Shown: in pieces, positions 1-15,036 of the stretch | Numbering within the stretch: the first letter of the stretch is position 1 | Layout of the letters: each line of letters starts with the position of its first letter | Source of the DNA: Octopus vulgaris | Lineage: Eukaryota | Reading direction: 5' to 3' | Assembly (NCBI GenBank): GCA_951406725.2 | Contig: OX597835.1 | Span: 7,192,001 to 7,256,000, forward strand | Length of the DNA stretch: 64,000 bases | Notes under the pieces: model-generated | Seen by the model: the letters and a program-made list of their open reading frames with translations, nothing else | What the model was told of the DNA's origin: nothing | Databases searched by the model: none | Made by a program: the position numbers and the translations under genes

Positions 1-189
1 TGATGTTCATAATGTTGTTGACATAGAAATTATGCCGTAACTTGATAACCAAAAATCACTCGCTGATGATAATTGTGCTCCTCCTACCGATGATTCTCTA
101 CTGACTTTTCCCCCCTCTTCCTCTTCCACATCCCTATTCTCCTCCTCCTCCTTAATTTACTGCTAATTTCATTTCCAATATCACTCCTT

Positions 190-604
190 CAACTACCAGC
201 AGCAGTAGCAGCAGCAGCAGCACCACCACCACCACCACCACCACCACCACAACAACAACAACCACAACCATCATCATCTTCATCATCATCATCATCACCA
301 TCATAATCATCAGGATAATCACCACAACCACCACTGCCACTACCGGAGTAACCATCACTATAGACACCACCACCATCGCCATCGCCATCGCCATCGCCAA
401 CACTGCCACCAGCAACATCATTGTCATCATTACCACTCTCACCACCACCACCACCACCACCACCACCACCACCACCACCACCACTACCGTCAACATCACA
501 ACCACTGCTACAGCCACCACCATCATCACCACCAACACAACAACAACAGCACCACCATAAGAACAACTATCACTACCACTACCACCACCAAAACCACCAG
601 CACC

Positions 605-636
<32 letters not shown>

Positions 637-650
637 TACTATGTTCACCA
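190..650. repeat. Compound (CAG/CAC/CAA/CAT)n trinucleotide tract
   Basis: Directly visible; explains the poly-V/G/P/H ORFs. Confidence 0.95.
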
Positions 651-1336
651 CCATCACCTCCACTTCTACCAATACCACCATTGTCAATTCGATACTGTAT
701 TACACTGCACTACACTGTGATTAAAACTATTGTTTCATTAATTACATTACTAATGATGTTTAGTGGAAGCGATTGACACTGATACAGCGAGGTAATTTAG
801 CTAATTAGACTGTCAAAAAACAATCTGGCAAACAACTTGCCAACTCTCTCTTGCATTTCTTCTTGTACATCGTTTTAGAGATTTCTTGAAATGTCTGTCT
901 GTATACTATGCATAACAGAGATTTTATGTGTGTAGTGACAGCTCATACTGAATGCTGCAGAAATTACACAAAAATGGTCCAAGATAAATTACGCATAGTG
1001 GTCCGTGGTGTATTTGGTCTAAAGTCGTATGACAACCACCGTTATATATATTTTGTTTATTCATTACTGTTTTCAATTTCGTTTTCGTCTCTTGTATTTA
1101 CATCCGTCTTGTGCATTCACATTCCTGTCTTCTACCAAGAAATCTAATGCTTACAGCTTAGTTTTTTTTTCTTGGGGCTGGCCGAGTTGGAGCAAATATC
1201 AGAATTGAACAGCCGAAATTTGCTATGATGATTCGGTGTCTGACTGAAGATTGAAGGCTTCGAATGATTTGTCTGTGTTCCGTGTTCGTCCCTTCCTGTA
1301 TTTCACGTTCATTATATATAAAAACATTCATTCTTT

Positions 1337-1382
<46 letters not shown>

Positions 1383-1650
1383 CATTTAAATAATGAGGGA
1401 GATAAATTAATATTAATTCCAATATCAATTTAAAACCAGTAGTCTAGCATACAAAAAATCTGAGAAGTCAGAGAAAATTCTAATATATGTGTATATTGGC
1501 AGGGCAAGACTGCTAGGTAGTCGGCCGTATGCTAGAAATAGATCATCAACGATCATACTACAAAGAAAGTTCTCTAGAGGAAAAATTCAGCGCACACCAG
1601 AACCAAATTTGGCGGGTAGGACAGATGAAAATTTATATAAAAAACAGTAA

Positions 1651-1735
<85 letters not shown>

Positions 1736-1738
<3 letters not shown>

Positions 1739-2070
1739 ACTTCTATGGGTATAAGTAAGTATTTCATTTATTTCTTTGCCGCATTTATCACTGACGAAGA
1801 GAAGGTTCGTATGAATTAACTCTGAAATCGGGTCTGATATGATAATAACGGAATTTTTTTTAGAAATTTCTGTCGGCTTTCTTCGAAACGCGTGCTTGTA
1901 GTGATGAATTATATGCTTATGGACGATGTGTCTGGTTTCGGCATATTTGACATTAGATCTTTTTTCTTTTGTCCTTGTTTATAAGTTGTTTAGAAATTCA
2001 ACCTTTAAAGGTATTTTTTAATATGCTGGACATTGATAAAATTTTTTCCGAAAAATGTTATCCTATATTA
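1736..2070 (+). mobile_element. Putative Penelope-like pLTR fragment between (TA)n tracts
   Basis: Contains the hammerhead motif; 1940-2070 is a diverged reverse complement of 13236-13388, and both end at (TA)n. Confidence 0.5.
1786..1839 (+). ncRNA. Minimal type-I hammerhead ribozyme-like motif with canonical core
   Basis: TATCA-CTGACGA-AGAG..CTCT-GAAA-TCGG-GTC-TGATA: stem I 5 bp, stem II 4 bp, GUC cleavage triplet. Confidence 0.7.
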
Positions 2071-2471
2071 TATATTATATATATATATATATGATGAGCA
2101 ATGACTCTGAAACCAGTCTGGGTGCTGGCTTTGCTGGGTGGAGGTGCTTATCTTCCCTTTGAAAATATGAGGACACAGGAAATGTGTCCAGGCCAACAGG
2201 AATTGGTGTTTCCTAGGGCTAAATAGCCGTAGCATTCTTCCTTTTCATGGAACTGTCACATTAAGTTGATAACATACCATTACTTTATCGTGCTACTACT
2301 GTATAAATCTCTCTGAGCGATTTAGAAATGTATTATTGATATATATATATATATAATATTTGTAAACAAACCTGGTGGCGTAATAAGTAACGAAAAAAGA
2401 GCGACTACGTTAATCTTTCATTTATACTGTAATAGTTGTATATTATCATTATTATTATTATTATTAATAAT

Positions 2472-2553
<82 letters not shown>

Positions 2554-3943
2554 TTAGTGTTATTATTATTATTGTTGTTGTTGTTGTTGTTGTTGATATT
2601 TCAACAGCGTTAACTTAAGATAGTTATTGATGGACGTCATCAACAAGGCTCAAGATTTTCTCTCAGACAAAAACCACAGCATCTTGCCTTTCGAAAATGT
2701 ATGTAAGTCATGAATGGTAAACAGATGGCTATATAAGTTTAATGATATTTAATTTTCTCTTCTTTGTCTAGTTTTCAACTTCTTTTTAGGAAATTCGTCA
2801 TGCCAACTCCATAGGCAATCACATTTTGACAACACCACTGCCCTATTTCTGGTGAAAATACAATTATTAATGTAAAGTAGTACATTGTTATGTAGTATAT
2901 GTACAACTTCATACATTCCAGTGGTGTATATACGTTTAGTATTATACACAGATGTCTATTTCCCAAATATATTTAACGATTACAGATTATGTCTAATTTA
3001 TTTAATTGTCAATTTAGTATGGTGATGAATAAGAGTGTTATCTTTATAGCAACAAGTAACCCCAAACTCAAAAGAAAAAGGAAATTATTCGCCTGCAAAC
3101 CTGAAACGCATCATAATCAGCTACTTGTAGTCCAACCTGACAACCTGTTTTATGCACATCTCATTGTTCGCCTACTGCTTACACCGAAATCAATATCATA
3201 TGTCTTAAGGGTACATCAGTTTTAGATCGGTGTTCTCCCACGTTGTGTGTTACCTGTCTAAATTGTCACAGTAATACATTATTAATTCTAACTAAAAATA
3301 ATTCTTTTTAAGCATTTGGAAGTCTCATCATTATACAAATGTCAGTTTTATTTCTAATCTCTCCCTTGGCAACAGCCATGTTCATGTTAAACATCGAGCT
3401 TAAGGAGAGAGAAAGGAATAAAGCTGCCGATCGAGAGCTGGCTCTCCCCACTTGCATTGCATCCACCACAATCCTATTCACGTGTATCTCGAAAAAACAA
3501 AAAACTGCGACTGTGTTATGTGTTATGCAAAAACAAAATCTGATGAGAGAAAATGCAAATAAATATTTAAGAGATATTGATTGTCACACGGATAAGACAC
3601 TCCGCCATATGTTGGAAGTTATTGCATGACTCATCCCGCATCCAGACACATTTATAAACACATAACCACATGAACATGAGTGTGTGTACATGTATCTGTG
3701 TGTGTGTGTGTGTGTGTGTTTGTGTGTGTTATACTTTCTTTAGCCCATTCTGTTAGTCTTAAAAGAAACAAGTGATAAGACGATAAAAAACCTAAAATGT
3801 TTCCACGTCTTCGCTAGACTAAACAAAATCTGTCATATATACATATCTGTGTGTGTATACATAAATACATACATACATACATACATATATATATATATAA
3901 ATATACATATATATATATAGAGAGAGATATATGCATATATATA

Positions 3944-3997
<54 letters not shown>

Positions 3998-4187
3998 GCT
4001 ATGCAGATGGAAACAGTGGAAACAGGGATAATAGAACTAAAAATATGAGTATATGCATATTTCTATTAATATTTAGCAGAAATAGCTGAGCTAGTTGTTT
4101 GACAAGAGCCAGTGCACGGTATATATATATTTATTTACTTATTTATTTTTATTTCATATATGTATATGTGTATGTATATATATGTAC

Positions 4188-4287
<100 letters not shown>

Positions 4288-4309
4288 TGAAGTGCGAGGA
4301 TAGATAGAC

Positions 4310-4384
<75 letters not shown>

Positions 4385-4386
<2 letters not shown>

Positions 4387-5030
4387 CGACGGCAGGCTTC
4401 AAAGTTCATACGTTGAACAAGATAATCTCATAGGTTAAAGATCATTTATTTTTCAACACAGTTCTTCTTGTAATCCATACACTTCTATCGGTGTTGGATT
4501 TCATTGATGAAAAGGCTTTCACCTTCGATGTTCAAAAATGTTATCAAAAGCAGATGTTACGTCGTCATCACTAAATTAACGGTTTCCAGTTAATTGCTTT
4601 CTTTTTTTTTTGATGATGCGGAAAAGATAACTGTAAAATGGGGGCAAATCGGTGATATAAGGAGGGTCATCAGCCAGCTCAAAGTCACAGACATGCACAG
4701 AATCGGAGCATTGTTCTGATTGAAAGAAAACCGCTTTCATCGGTCTTTCTGGGCGTTCGTTTGGTCTTGATATATTTTCGTAACTACGTCGGCAAGTTGG
4801 CATAGCAATTTCCATTCATGGTTTGGCCTTTTCGAAGATAATCAATAAGCATAATACCTTTTGCATACCAAAATCCTTAAGTTATCACTTTCCCTGCAGG
4901 TGAAACAGATTTGGCCTTCTTTGGAGAAGTTGAGGATTGATCTTTCCACTGCACGGATTGCGTTTTTGTCTCTGGCTCCAGGCGATGAAGCCAACACTCA
5001 GTCTGGTTTAGGAAGCATTCAAAGAAACCA
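4385..5030 (-). pseudogene. Degenerate mariner-family transposase remnant
   Basis: Minus-strand FELADDPPYITDLPPFYSYLFRIIKK resembles the mariner HPPYSPDLAPSDYxLF motif; GIMLIDYL lies upstream; frameshifted. Confidence 0.75.
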
Positions 5031-5344
5031 GCCGGATTTTATAATGATGTATGTAGTTGGTGTAGGGCAGGTAAATAACTATTTCCATATGTATGTAGTT
5101 GCATTATTTTTCTTGATTGGCTTTCATGAAATATTATAAGAGATCAATCACGTGACTGACTTGGCAGAAACAGAATCTCTTTACAGGAAACGACTTACAT
5201 TATTAACTTTAGCTGTCTACATTCTAACTTCTAATGGCACCAGTTCACAAATTTAGCGATACACTCTTCAACTGGCTTCTCAACAGTCAGAGTTAATATT
5301 TCATTGAGTACCACTTCATTAATTTCGGTGGAAAGAATACTTAC

Positions 5345-5735
5345 TTGGGAGTTAAGGAGCTTACTTCCCAACGATATGTTTCCAGGTTCAGTCCCACTGC
5401 GTAGCACCTTGGGCAAATGTCTTCAACTATAGCCTTCGGCTAACCGAAGCCTTGTGAGTGAATTTGATAGATGGAAACTGAAAGAAGCTCGTCGTGTATA
5501 GGTATATATGCATGTATATGTGTGTGTGCCTGTCTGTCTTTGTCACTCCCCACCGGTTCACAACCGGTGCTGGCTTGTTTATGTTCGCATAATCTAGCGA
5601 TTCGGCAAAAGAGACCGATAGAATAACTACCAGACTATAAAAAGTAAGCACTAGGATCGATTCCGTCAACCGAAATTCTTCAAGGTCGTGCTCCAGAATG
5701 GCTGCAGTTTAATGACTGAAGCGAGTAAAAGATAA
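5345..5735 (+). mobile_element. SINE family B (tRNA-like head, CCTTGGGCAA CORE-like segment, internal TA/TG microsatellite, LINE-like tail)
   Basis: Colinear with the reverse complement of 27003-27415. Confidence 0.85.
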
Positions 5736-5804
5736 ACGATATACGTGTATGTTGTATGTAATCTGTGTGTGTGTTGTGTGTGTGTGAGTATGCGTGCAGA
5801 AGGA

Positions 5805-6230
5805 GTAGACAACCAACATGTATGTATGTATGTATGTATGTATGTATGTATGTATGTATGTATGTATGTATGTTTGTATGTATGTATGTATGTATGTAAG
5901 TATGTATGCATGTATGTATGTATGTATATATGTGTGTGTGTATGTATGTATGTATGTATGGATGTATGTATGTTTGTATGTAGACAACCAACATGTATGT
6001 ATGTATGTATGTATGTGTGTATGTATGTATGCATGCATGTATGCATGTATGTATGTTTGTATGTAGACAACCAACATGTATGTATGTATGCATGCATGCA
6101 TGTATGTATGTATGCATGCATGTATGCATGCATGTATGTATGCATGTATGTATGTATGTATATATGTATATATGTATGTATGTATGTTATGTATGTTTGT
6201 ATGTTTGTTTGTATGTTTGTTTCTATGTAT
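5805..6230. repeat. (TATG)n tract with three interspersed GTAGACAACCAACAT units
   Basis: Units near 5805, 5980 and 6063. Confidence 0.9.
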
Positions 6231-7060
6231 ATGCTAGTGTTGATACAATTGTTTATAAGCTAGCCACTTTACAAAATTATCCTGCGCTTTGGGGAAACGC
6301 ATCATTTCCAGGTGCCGAGGCCGTGAAATGCTGCACTTAATTCATTGCGATTCGTAGTTCCATCCCTCACGGTGCTGAATTCCAATTCCATTAAACTCCT
6401 CTTTGTCTTTTCCATTCATCCCTTTGGGATCGATATGATAAATACCAAGTATATAATATGAATAAGTCGATCGATAATATCGCCTCTGAACAAGGGCATT
6501 GTATTCAGTTTAAAATCAATAACTATACTTAGACATTCTATCATAACTTTTACCCATCCATTTATTCCAAGATTACTAAATTTAGATATATTTCCTGATT
6601 TTCTATATGACTTGCCTTGAAAAATGGAGAGGGTTTATTGATAACAACCCAGGACTGAAATCGCAACTTAGACATCCGTAGGCATATCATCACTGTGCGG
6701 TTAAAGAAAGCTCGTTTAGCGATAGCATCACATTGGCTTCAGGCCTGCTGTGCCGTACCCTGGGCCAGCGCCTTCTACTATAGCTTCCGTGACCTTGCTC
6801 TCTCTCATACTTTCTCATTCTTACCTCTCTCCTTCTGTCTCTGTCTGTCTGTCTGTCTGTCTCCGTATCCGTCTCTCTCTCTCTCTCTCTCTCTCTCTCC
6901 CACCTCACATGTATAAACACAAAAAGAAACAGCAGAGGTAATATATTTAATAGAGTTCTATAATTAAGAGATGAGTAATTATGTACATTATTTATATTAT
7001 TTACGGGCATATGGCATAGTGGTTAACCTAAAAAATTCCGAGTTCCATTTCAGGCAGTGA

Positions 7061-7147
<87 letters not shown>

Positions 7148-7314
7148 CAACAACAACATTGAAAAATGCCTTACGAATGAGGACACAGGTTCGAAATTTC
7201 CCCAAGACACCTGATGAAGGCTGGAGGGTATATCAGGATAAATAGCCGCCAAATGTAAATAATGTAATATATTTATATACGTGTATATATGGTATATATG
7301 CTGTAGAAAACTTG

Positions 7315-7372
<58 letters not shown>

Positions 7373-7389
7373 GTGTGTGTGTGTGTGTG

Positions 7390-7580
7390 TATGTGTATAT
7401 ATATATATATAGGGAGAGTTTACGAAAAAAAAGACGAACACAGGTGGTGTACAAAACAAACAGATGCATTAGTATAACGCTCAGGAATAGAAAAAGTCTT
7501 TTACATTTCGAGCCTACGCTCTTCTACAGAAAGGGACACAGAAAAAAACAAGGAGAGAAACAAGGAGAAAAAAGGAGAAA
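7390..7580 (-). mobile_element. Short hammerhead-bearing element abutting (TA)n
   Basis: 7498-7533 minus reads CTTT-CTGTAGA-A-GAGC-GTAG-GCTC-GAAA-TG-TA-AAAG; flanks are similar to 33050-33200 and 56380-56563. Confidence 0.65.
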
Positions 7581-8018
7581 AGAAAAATATCATTCTCATG
7601 GTCATATTTCACGCAACTACGCAGAATCTAACAACTGCTGATTCTAACGCTTTTCTTCCTGACCGTCAAGTCACAACAGTCAAATATGTTAATTTCAAAT
7701 AATAAGAACTAACCAGTATTTAATTCTAAGTCTACTCTCGACCCCATCGTCACACACACGTCTTTCTTTTCATCGTTACATTTTACTGGCGACCATTCAC
7801 ACATCTCCATTGCGTTTATTTCATAACCAAACATTTTGTTTTTTTCTTCCCAGTCACACCATAAAAAAAGAAAAAAGTCACATGAGTTGTCATCCTGAAA
7901 AGGAAGTCAGAAAGAAATTAATCTTTTTTGTTTTTTTTTTTCTTTTGTCTTACTTTTCTTCTTTGTTTTTATTTTGGCATTTCTTTTGATACAAGACTGT
8001 AGACTTCCATACGCTGAG

Positions 8019-8389
8019 ATGATGATGATGATGATGATGATGTTGATGATGATGATAATGATGATGATAATGGTGGTGATGATGATGATGATGATGATAA
8101 TGATGATGATGATGATAATGATGATAATGGTGGTGATGATGGTGATGATGATGATGGTGATGATGATGATAATGATGATGATAATGATGATGATGATAAT
8201 GATGATAATGGTGGTGATGATGGTGATGATGATGGTGATGATGATGGTGATGATGATGGTGATGATGATGGTGATGAGGATTATGACGATGACGATGAAG
8301 ATGATGATGATGATTATGATGACGATAATTATGGTGATGATGATGACGACGTCGACGACGATGATGATGATGATGACGACGATGACGAC

Positions 8390-8424
<35 letters not shown>

Positions 8425-8530
8425 CGATGATGATGGTGGTGATGATGTCGATGTTATTGGTGATAATGATGACGATGATGATGATTATGAAGGTGGTAAT
8501 GATGATGACTGCGACGATGATGATGATGAT
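8019..8530. repeat. (GAT)n-based trinucleotide tract
   Basis: Directly visible. Confidence 0.95.
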
Positions 8531-8706
8531 GGGCGCTTTCAATGTCAAATGAGACGGTTTGTCTCAGCTGTTTGGACCCAGATGATTTGGCACAGATTAT
8601 TGAATTATTCAGTCTGTTTTGTCAACAGTAATTTTTGGCATTGAAGTCAAACACACACACACACAAAGCTAGGAAGAGGGAAAGAGAGGGAGAGAGAGAG
8701 AGAGAT

Positions 8707-8741
<35 letters not shown>

Positions 8742-8957
8742 TGGTGAAAGAGACATTACAATTTATTAATTGGGCATAATGGGTGAACATACTTCCCTCT
8801 CCTCATACACATACAGACAAACATGCTCACACACATAAACTGAGGCGACGAAAGAATGAGATAAACAATAAAAAGTCTGATGTCAAACAAGACAGCGTCA
8901 AATAAGTGACATCAAATAGACGGCGCCATAACAGCGACGCCGAAAAGTCTCATATCC
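8531..8957. mobile_element. Possible degenerate MITE with repeated subterminal motifs; related copy at about 56965-57320
   Basis: Shared segments (GATTTGGC..TTTTGGCA.TGAA..AAACACAC; ATGTCAAA..GCGTC.AAT.AGT.AC) in both loci; TTTGGC-type motifs at left and GCC/GTCAAA-type motifs at right. Confidence 0.4.
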
Positions 8958-9607
8958 TATCCTGTGAGTAATGTTCTGGTTCTCAACGTCCTGATTGTAA
9001 ATCCTGCTAAACTCAACTTTGCCTTTCATTCCTTCTGGTGTCAATAAAAATGAACCACTCGTGGGGGAACAACAACGGAAATGTTAGAGTTTCGAACTAG
9101 ATGCCTTCAAGGGTCCGGAAGCAGTGGGTGCAGGGGTACACTTGCACCCACTAAAATTTTGTGCGGGTGCAAATTCAATATCGCACACCCTACTTACCGG
9201 AAGAAATCATGCCTTGTGATATTCCTTCCGTTTCACTGTGTTCTGATGTGAAATTCCGTCAAAGGAATTTCATTCTTTCATTCTTGTGGGACAGATAAAA
9301 TTAAAAGTTACGTACTAAATCAAATGTTTTGTTCAAAAACACAATAGACCACGGTCCTTGAATCAATAACTGCGACCTTATGATAATAAGTGCAACACGG
9401 TAACCACTAAACAATGCGCATTTGCATAACGGACTTCCTCGAAAATAAACGTTCGTGTACAGTAATACAATTTTCTTTATATTTCACAGCTAGACTACAA
9501 ATAGACATTTAATTATTTCAAATAAATAAATATAGCGATAAGTAAATCAATAATGAAGTATATATCGCACATTGCAAAGACTATTATCAATACGTGACGC
9601 CTATGCA

Positions 9608-10097
<490 letters not shown>

Positions 10098-10238
10098 TTT
10101 TATTTATTTATCTATTTTTTTCAATTGTTGTTTTCAAAATGGGTGATTAAATTTTCTCGATTCAAAGAAATAACTTTTATTTGATGTTAAAGTAAAAAGA
10201 AGGTCGGGAAGTTAACGAAAACATTAATAATAATAATG

Positions 10239-10289
<51 letters not shown>

Positions 10290-10393
10290 TCAACTATATA
10301 AAAATTTACGCGTGCAATTCAACACGGTAAATAACACGAACAAGTGTAGTAATAAAGACTAACAACGGCAAAAACAACAACAACAACAACAAC

Positions 10394-10533
<140 letters not shown>

Positions 10534-11045
10534 CAACTATATAAAATATAGGCGTGCATTTCAACATGGTAAATAACACGAGTAAGTGTAATAATATCAT
10601 TGTTAATAACAACAACAACAAAATTAAGAAGAATATAATATAATGCAATTTGTGCGAGAAAATCCCCCTTTGGCGATAATGAAATCGTGACAATTGTCTG
10701 AAATATTCGTACTGGGTTTTGCTAAAGTACATATCGACAGCACCCACACCCCCAACAAAAAAAGACAAAACAAAAAAACGACACTGATACAGTACTTAAC
10801 TGTTACCAAGTGATCTTTATGAGGTTTAGATCTGCCATGAAAGAAATACTGCAATAATTATAATTTGAATTGTTTTATTATTTTTATGAATTAGATCGGA
10901 TTCTCGAGGCGCTGCGGAACAAATGTATTTATTGTGGCATGATTAGTGGTAAATGGCAATCAGTGAGCAGACAGGTTGGTGATGGAATTATAGAGGCATA
11001 TGTGAATGTGTATGTGTATATGTATATATGTATATATATACACAC

Positions 11046-11082
<37 letters not shown>

Positions 11083-11160
11083 AGTATTTATATAAATACA
11101 CGTAGATATGTATATATATATATTAATCTATCTATATATATATACATACATATACATATA

Positions 11161-11201
<41 letters not shown>

Positions 11202-11411
11202 ATACATATACATATATATATATACACAGGTATATATTTATTTATATATATAAGTATATACATATATATGCACACACATACATATATATTCATACACACA
11301 TATATACATATATATATGCATATATGTATGCATGTATATCTATATATGTATACATATAACACAATATAATACATATAATATATATACTCACACACATATA
11401 TATATACACGT

Positions 11412-11448
<37 letters not shown>

Positions 11449-11523
11449 GTGTGTGTCTGTATATATACACTCATATATATGTATTTCCATAAATGTATAC
11501 ATATATGTTATATGTGTATACAT

Positions 11524-11588
<65 letters not shown>

Positions 11589-12116
11589 CGCATATATGAT
11601 CATATATATACACACTGATATATATCTATATAGATGCCCATATATGTATATATACACACGCACGCACACAAATGGTGATTGCAACACATACATAGATGAT
11701 TGCTTTCCTACATTCTGGCCATGAACTTTCAGAAGTCTATTCGGTTCCACTGCAGATCTGCATGTTTTAGCAATTTATTTCGTAGGTCTGCACACGTTGT
11801 CACACTTTCCTCGCCGTTGGACAAATGTGCAAATGTCACACGCACGGCAACGGATTATTGTGATAAACGTTTCTACAACACGAATACAAAGTAGCGGCGA
11901 CTTAATGATAAACACTCAATGACAGGCCGAAGCGTAACGGCCAGTAATCACATGAAACCACATCTATTACAGCAGTGCCAGTCGCTTAAAAGGAAGTTGT
12001 GGCAACTGCTCGGCGCCCTCTGCATCTGGTGGTTTTACTGCGCGCTCCTCACCAAGCATACTTCGTGACACGTTCTTACATTTACATGCTAATTAACCGA
12101 AAGCAAAAGATGAAGT

Positions 12117-12344
12117 TTAACCCTCTCATTACCAACCCGGCTGAAACTGGCTCTGGCTCTGAGTACAAATGTTTTGTTTCCATAAATTTTGAATTAAAAT
12201 CTTCCACCAAACCTTAGTCACAATTTATGTTCCTAACACTAGCTTAATGATAACTAAGATATTTTACTAAGTTTTTTGTTATATTTAAAGTAATTGAAAG
12301 AAACACAGAGCATCTGAAAATAAATACAGTAACGAAAGGGTTAA
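12117..12344. mobile_element. piggyBac-like MITE
   Basis: TTAA-CCCTCTCATTAC ... GTAACGAAAGGG-TTAA: TTAA duplication with CCC/GGG termini. Confidence 0.75.
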
Positions 12345-12787
12345 ATCTATTGGTATCCAAATAAAAACAATATTTAAACTTCATGATATTTCTGTTGACC
12401 AATCTATCTCTCCGTTCTTTTAAAAACACCTGAAAATTAAAAAAATCGCTTGACTTGAGGCTGATACACTTAAATAAACAAACCTGACTACAAAGTTCTA
12501 CATACATGAAGGAATTGTCAACAATAACGGAACCACAAAGTTAATCAATTGAAAAATTTCCCTAACACCTCCCTATCACAGCCTACCCACTACCTGACCA
12601 CAGCGCGCGAATTACCACAGAGAACTTTAACTTAACAATAACAATATGAACTCGAATGTACTAGAGTCCGTTAATGGCAGAAATATCGAAGTTACTGTCA
12701 ATAAGATTCTTGTTAAAGAACAATATTTTTATAAATATGTATACTTATGAATTTACGTGAATATACATGCGTGTAAATTTATATATA

Positions 12788-12912
12788 TTTAAATATAAAT
12801 ATATGAAAGAATGGAGTTGAACGACGAATTAACAAAATTCCTTTATTTTCAAAATAAAGGAATTTTGTTAATTCGTCGTTCAACTCCATTCTTTCATATA
12901 TTTATATTTAAA
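12788..12912. repeat. Perfect palindrome, 62-bp arms with 1-nt spacer at 12850
   Basis: ...AACAAAATTCCTTTATTTT-C-AAAATAAAGGAATTTTGTT... Confidence 0.95.
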
Positions 12913-13101
12913 AAAAAAACAAAAAAAAACATACGAATTTCCACACGAAAGCACGTAACTTCAAACGTGTCTTCTCTGATGTGAATTTGCTACCCAGGTA
13001 TCGGTTAACCGAATTATGCATAACAAGATAATTCATTCAACTACTCAAATATATATATATATATATGTATATGTATGTATGTATATATACATATATATAC
13101 G

Positions 13102-13180
<79 letters not shown>

Positions 13181-13190
13181 ATATATCTAT

Positions 13191-13235
<45 letters not shown>

Positions 13236-13236
<1 letters not shown>

Positions 13237-13388
13237 AATGTAGGATAACATTTTTTTCGAAAAAAATTATTTTCAAAAAAAATTTTATCAATGGCCAGCA
13301 TATTAAAAAATACCTTTAAAGGTTAAATTTATAAACAATTCTTAAATAAGGGCAAACGAAAAAATTTCTAATGCCAAATATGCCGACA
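13236..13388 (-). mobile_element. Second copy of the 1940-2070 element end, abutting (TA)n
   Basis: Shared ACCTTTAAAGGT, TTAATATGCTGG, ATTGATAAAATTTTTT and AAAAATGTTATCCTA. Confidence 0.7.
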
Positions 13389-14094
13389 AATTGGAAATAT
13401 TGTCCAATAACATATTGTCCATGAATTGTTTATATATATATATATGCATTTACTGTGTTTATATTTATCTATCTATATATTCATATATGGTTATAAATAC
13501 AGATGAATTTGTGATCATGCATATATATATACAAATATCACACACAAACACAGAAATATATACTCTCACAAACATGTATACTCGCATTTAAAACCATATA
13601 TTCATACAGACACAACATCCATCCATCCATCCGTCCATCCATCGATACATACATGGATACATACATTCATCAATACATGCATACACACATATGTATGTAT
13701 TTATATATGAAATGTAGGTATGTATGTAAGCATACATGCATGCATGTATGTATGGATGGATGTCTGCATATACTTTACTGAAACCTAATCAAATATTGCA
13801 AATATTTTAAAAGCTATCTCACAGTATTGATTTTTTCGTTCGGTGAATGATATCAAAAGTATATTTAGATAATCCTCAATCCATATGGATGCAATTGGAT
13901 GACATCCAGATTACACAATATTTAAATAAAATGAATATTCAGCAAATCAAAATGGTGCAGACTGTAAACTGCTCTTCCTCACCTCCTTCTACATATACAG
14001 GATAAATACAGGCTAACATACGTAAGTTTATTTCCCCCTTCACACCACTACCACCTATTTTAGATATAAACGCCTACATATACATACATACATA

Positions 14095-14154
<60 letters not shown>

Positions 14155-14306
14155 CATATATATATAAATAATATATATGCATATACACACACACATATGT
14201 ACATACATATGTTTATATGTGTATATATATGCATATATATATTTATATTATCATTTGATTAAACGCCACACATCCATTTCCAAGTAAGTTTTATCAATAT
14301 ATATAC

Positions 14307-14350
<44 letters not shown>

Positions 14351-14436
14351 TATAAATATATATACATTTATATATATATATATAAGAAAAACAGAGAGAG
14401 ATAAGAATGTTGATAAGCACAACTAGGCTTCGTGTA

Positions 14437-14486
<50 letters not shown>

Positions 14487-14568
14487 AGCAAACTTGTGTT
14501 TATCTCCAATACTACCTGTTACTCTGTTCCTCTCTCTCCCTCTCTCCCTCTCTGTATATATATATATG

Positions 14569-14611
<43 letters not shown>

Positions 14612-14653
14612 GTGTGTGTGTCTGTATACATATATGTATGTAATATATGTATG

Positions 14654-14685
<32 letters not shown>

Positions 14686-14699
14686 CATGCATACGCATG

Positions 14700-14867
14700 T
14701 TGGCTGTGTGGGCAGGTACAGAGGGGGTTGTCTGATAAGCTGCTTGCTTCCCAACCACATGATTCCGAGTTCAGTCCCACTGCATGGCACCTTGGGCAAA
14801 TGCCTTCTACTATAGACTCGGCCCGGCCAAAGCCTTGTGCGTGGCAGCCGGAAACGGAAAGACGTTC

Positions 14868-14870
<3 letters not shown>
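14700..14870 (+). mobile_element. SINE family B, 5' half (3' half at about 16996-17230)
   Basis: Head matches 27003-27415; interrupted at its internal (TA)n by the Penelope-like insertion. Confidence 0.75.
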
Positions 14871-14911
<41 letters not shown>

Positions 14912-14998
14912 AAGGGTGAAAAGGAACACACGAGTTGATATATATGAAAAAACAAGTAAAAAATAGAAAATGCTAAAATAATTTTATAGTGAACATTT

Positions 14999-15036
14999 CA
15001 GTACCGGTTTCGGTCATTTTGAGACCTTTTCAACTG
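14999..15036 (-). ncRNA. Hammerhead-like motif (U3-A8 variant), left arm
   Basis: Reverse complement of 16858-16895. Confidence 0.65.

Noticed and set aside
1170-1225. GGCTG..CAGCC-GAAA stem as a hammerhead (also 2091-2120 and 12985-13030)
   Set aside because: Core or stem I is missing or too degenerate to support a call
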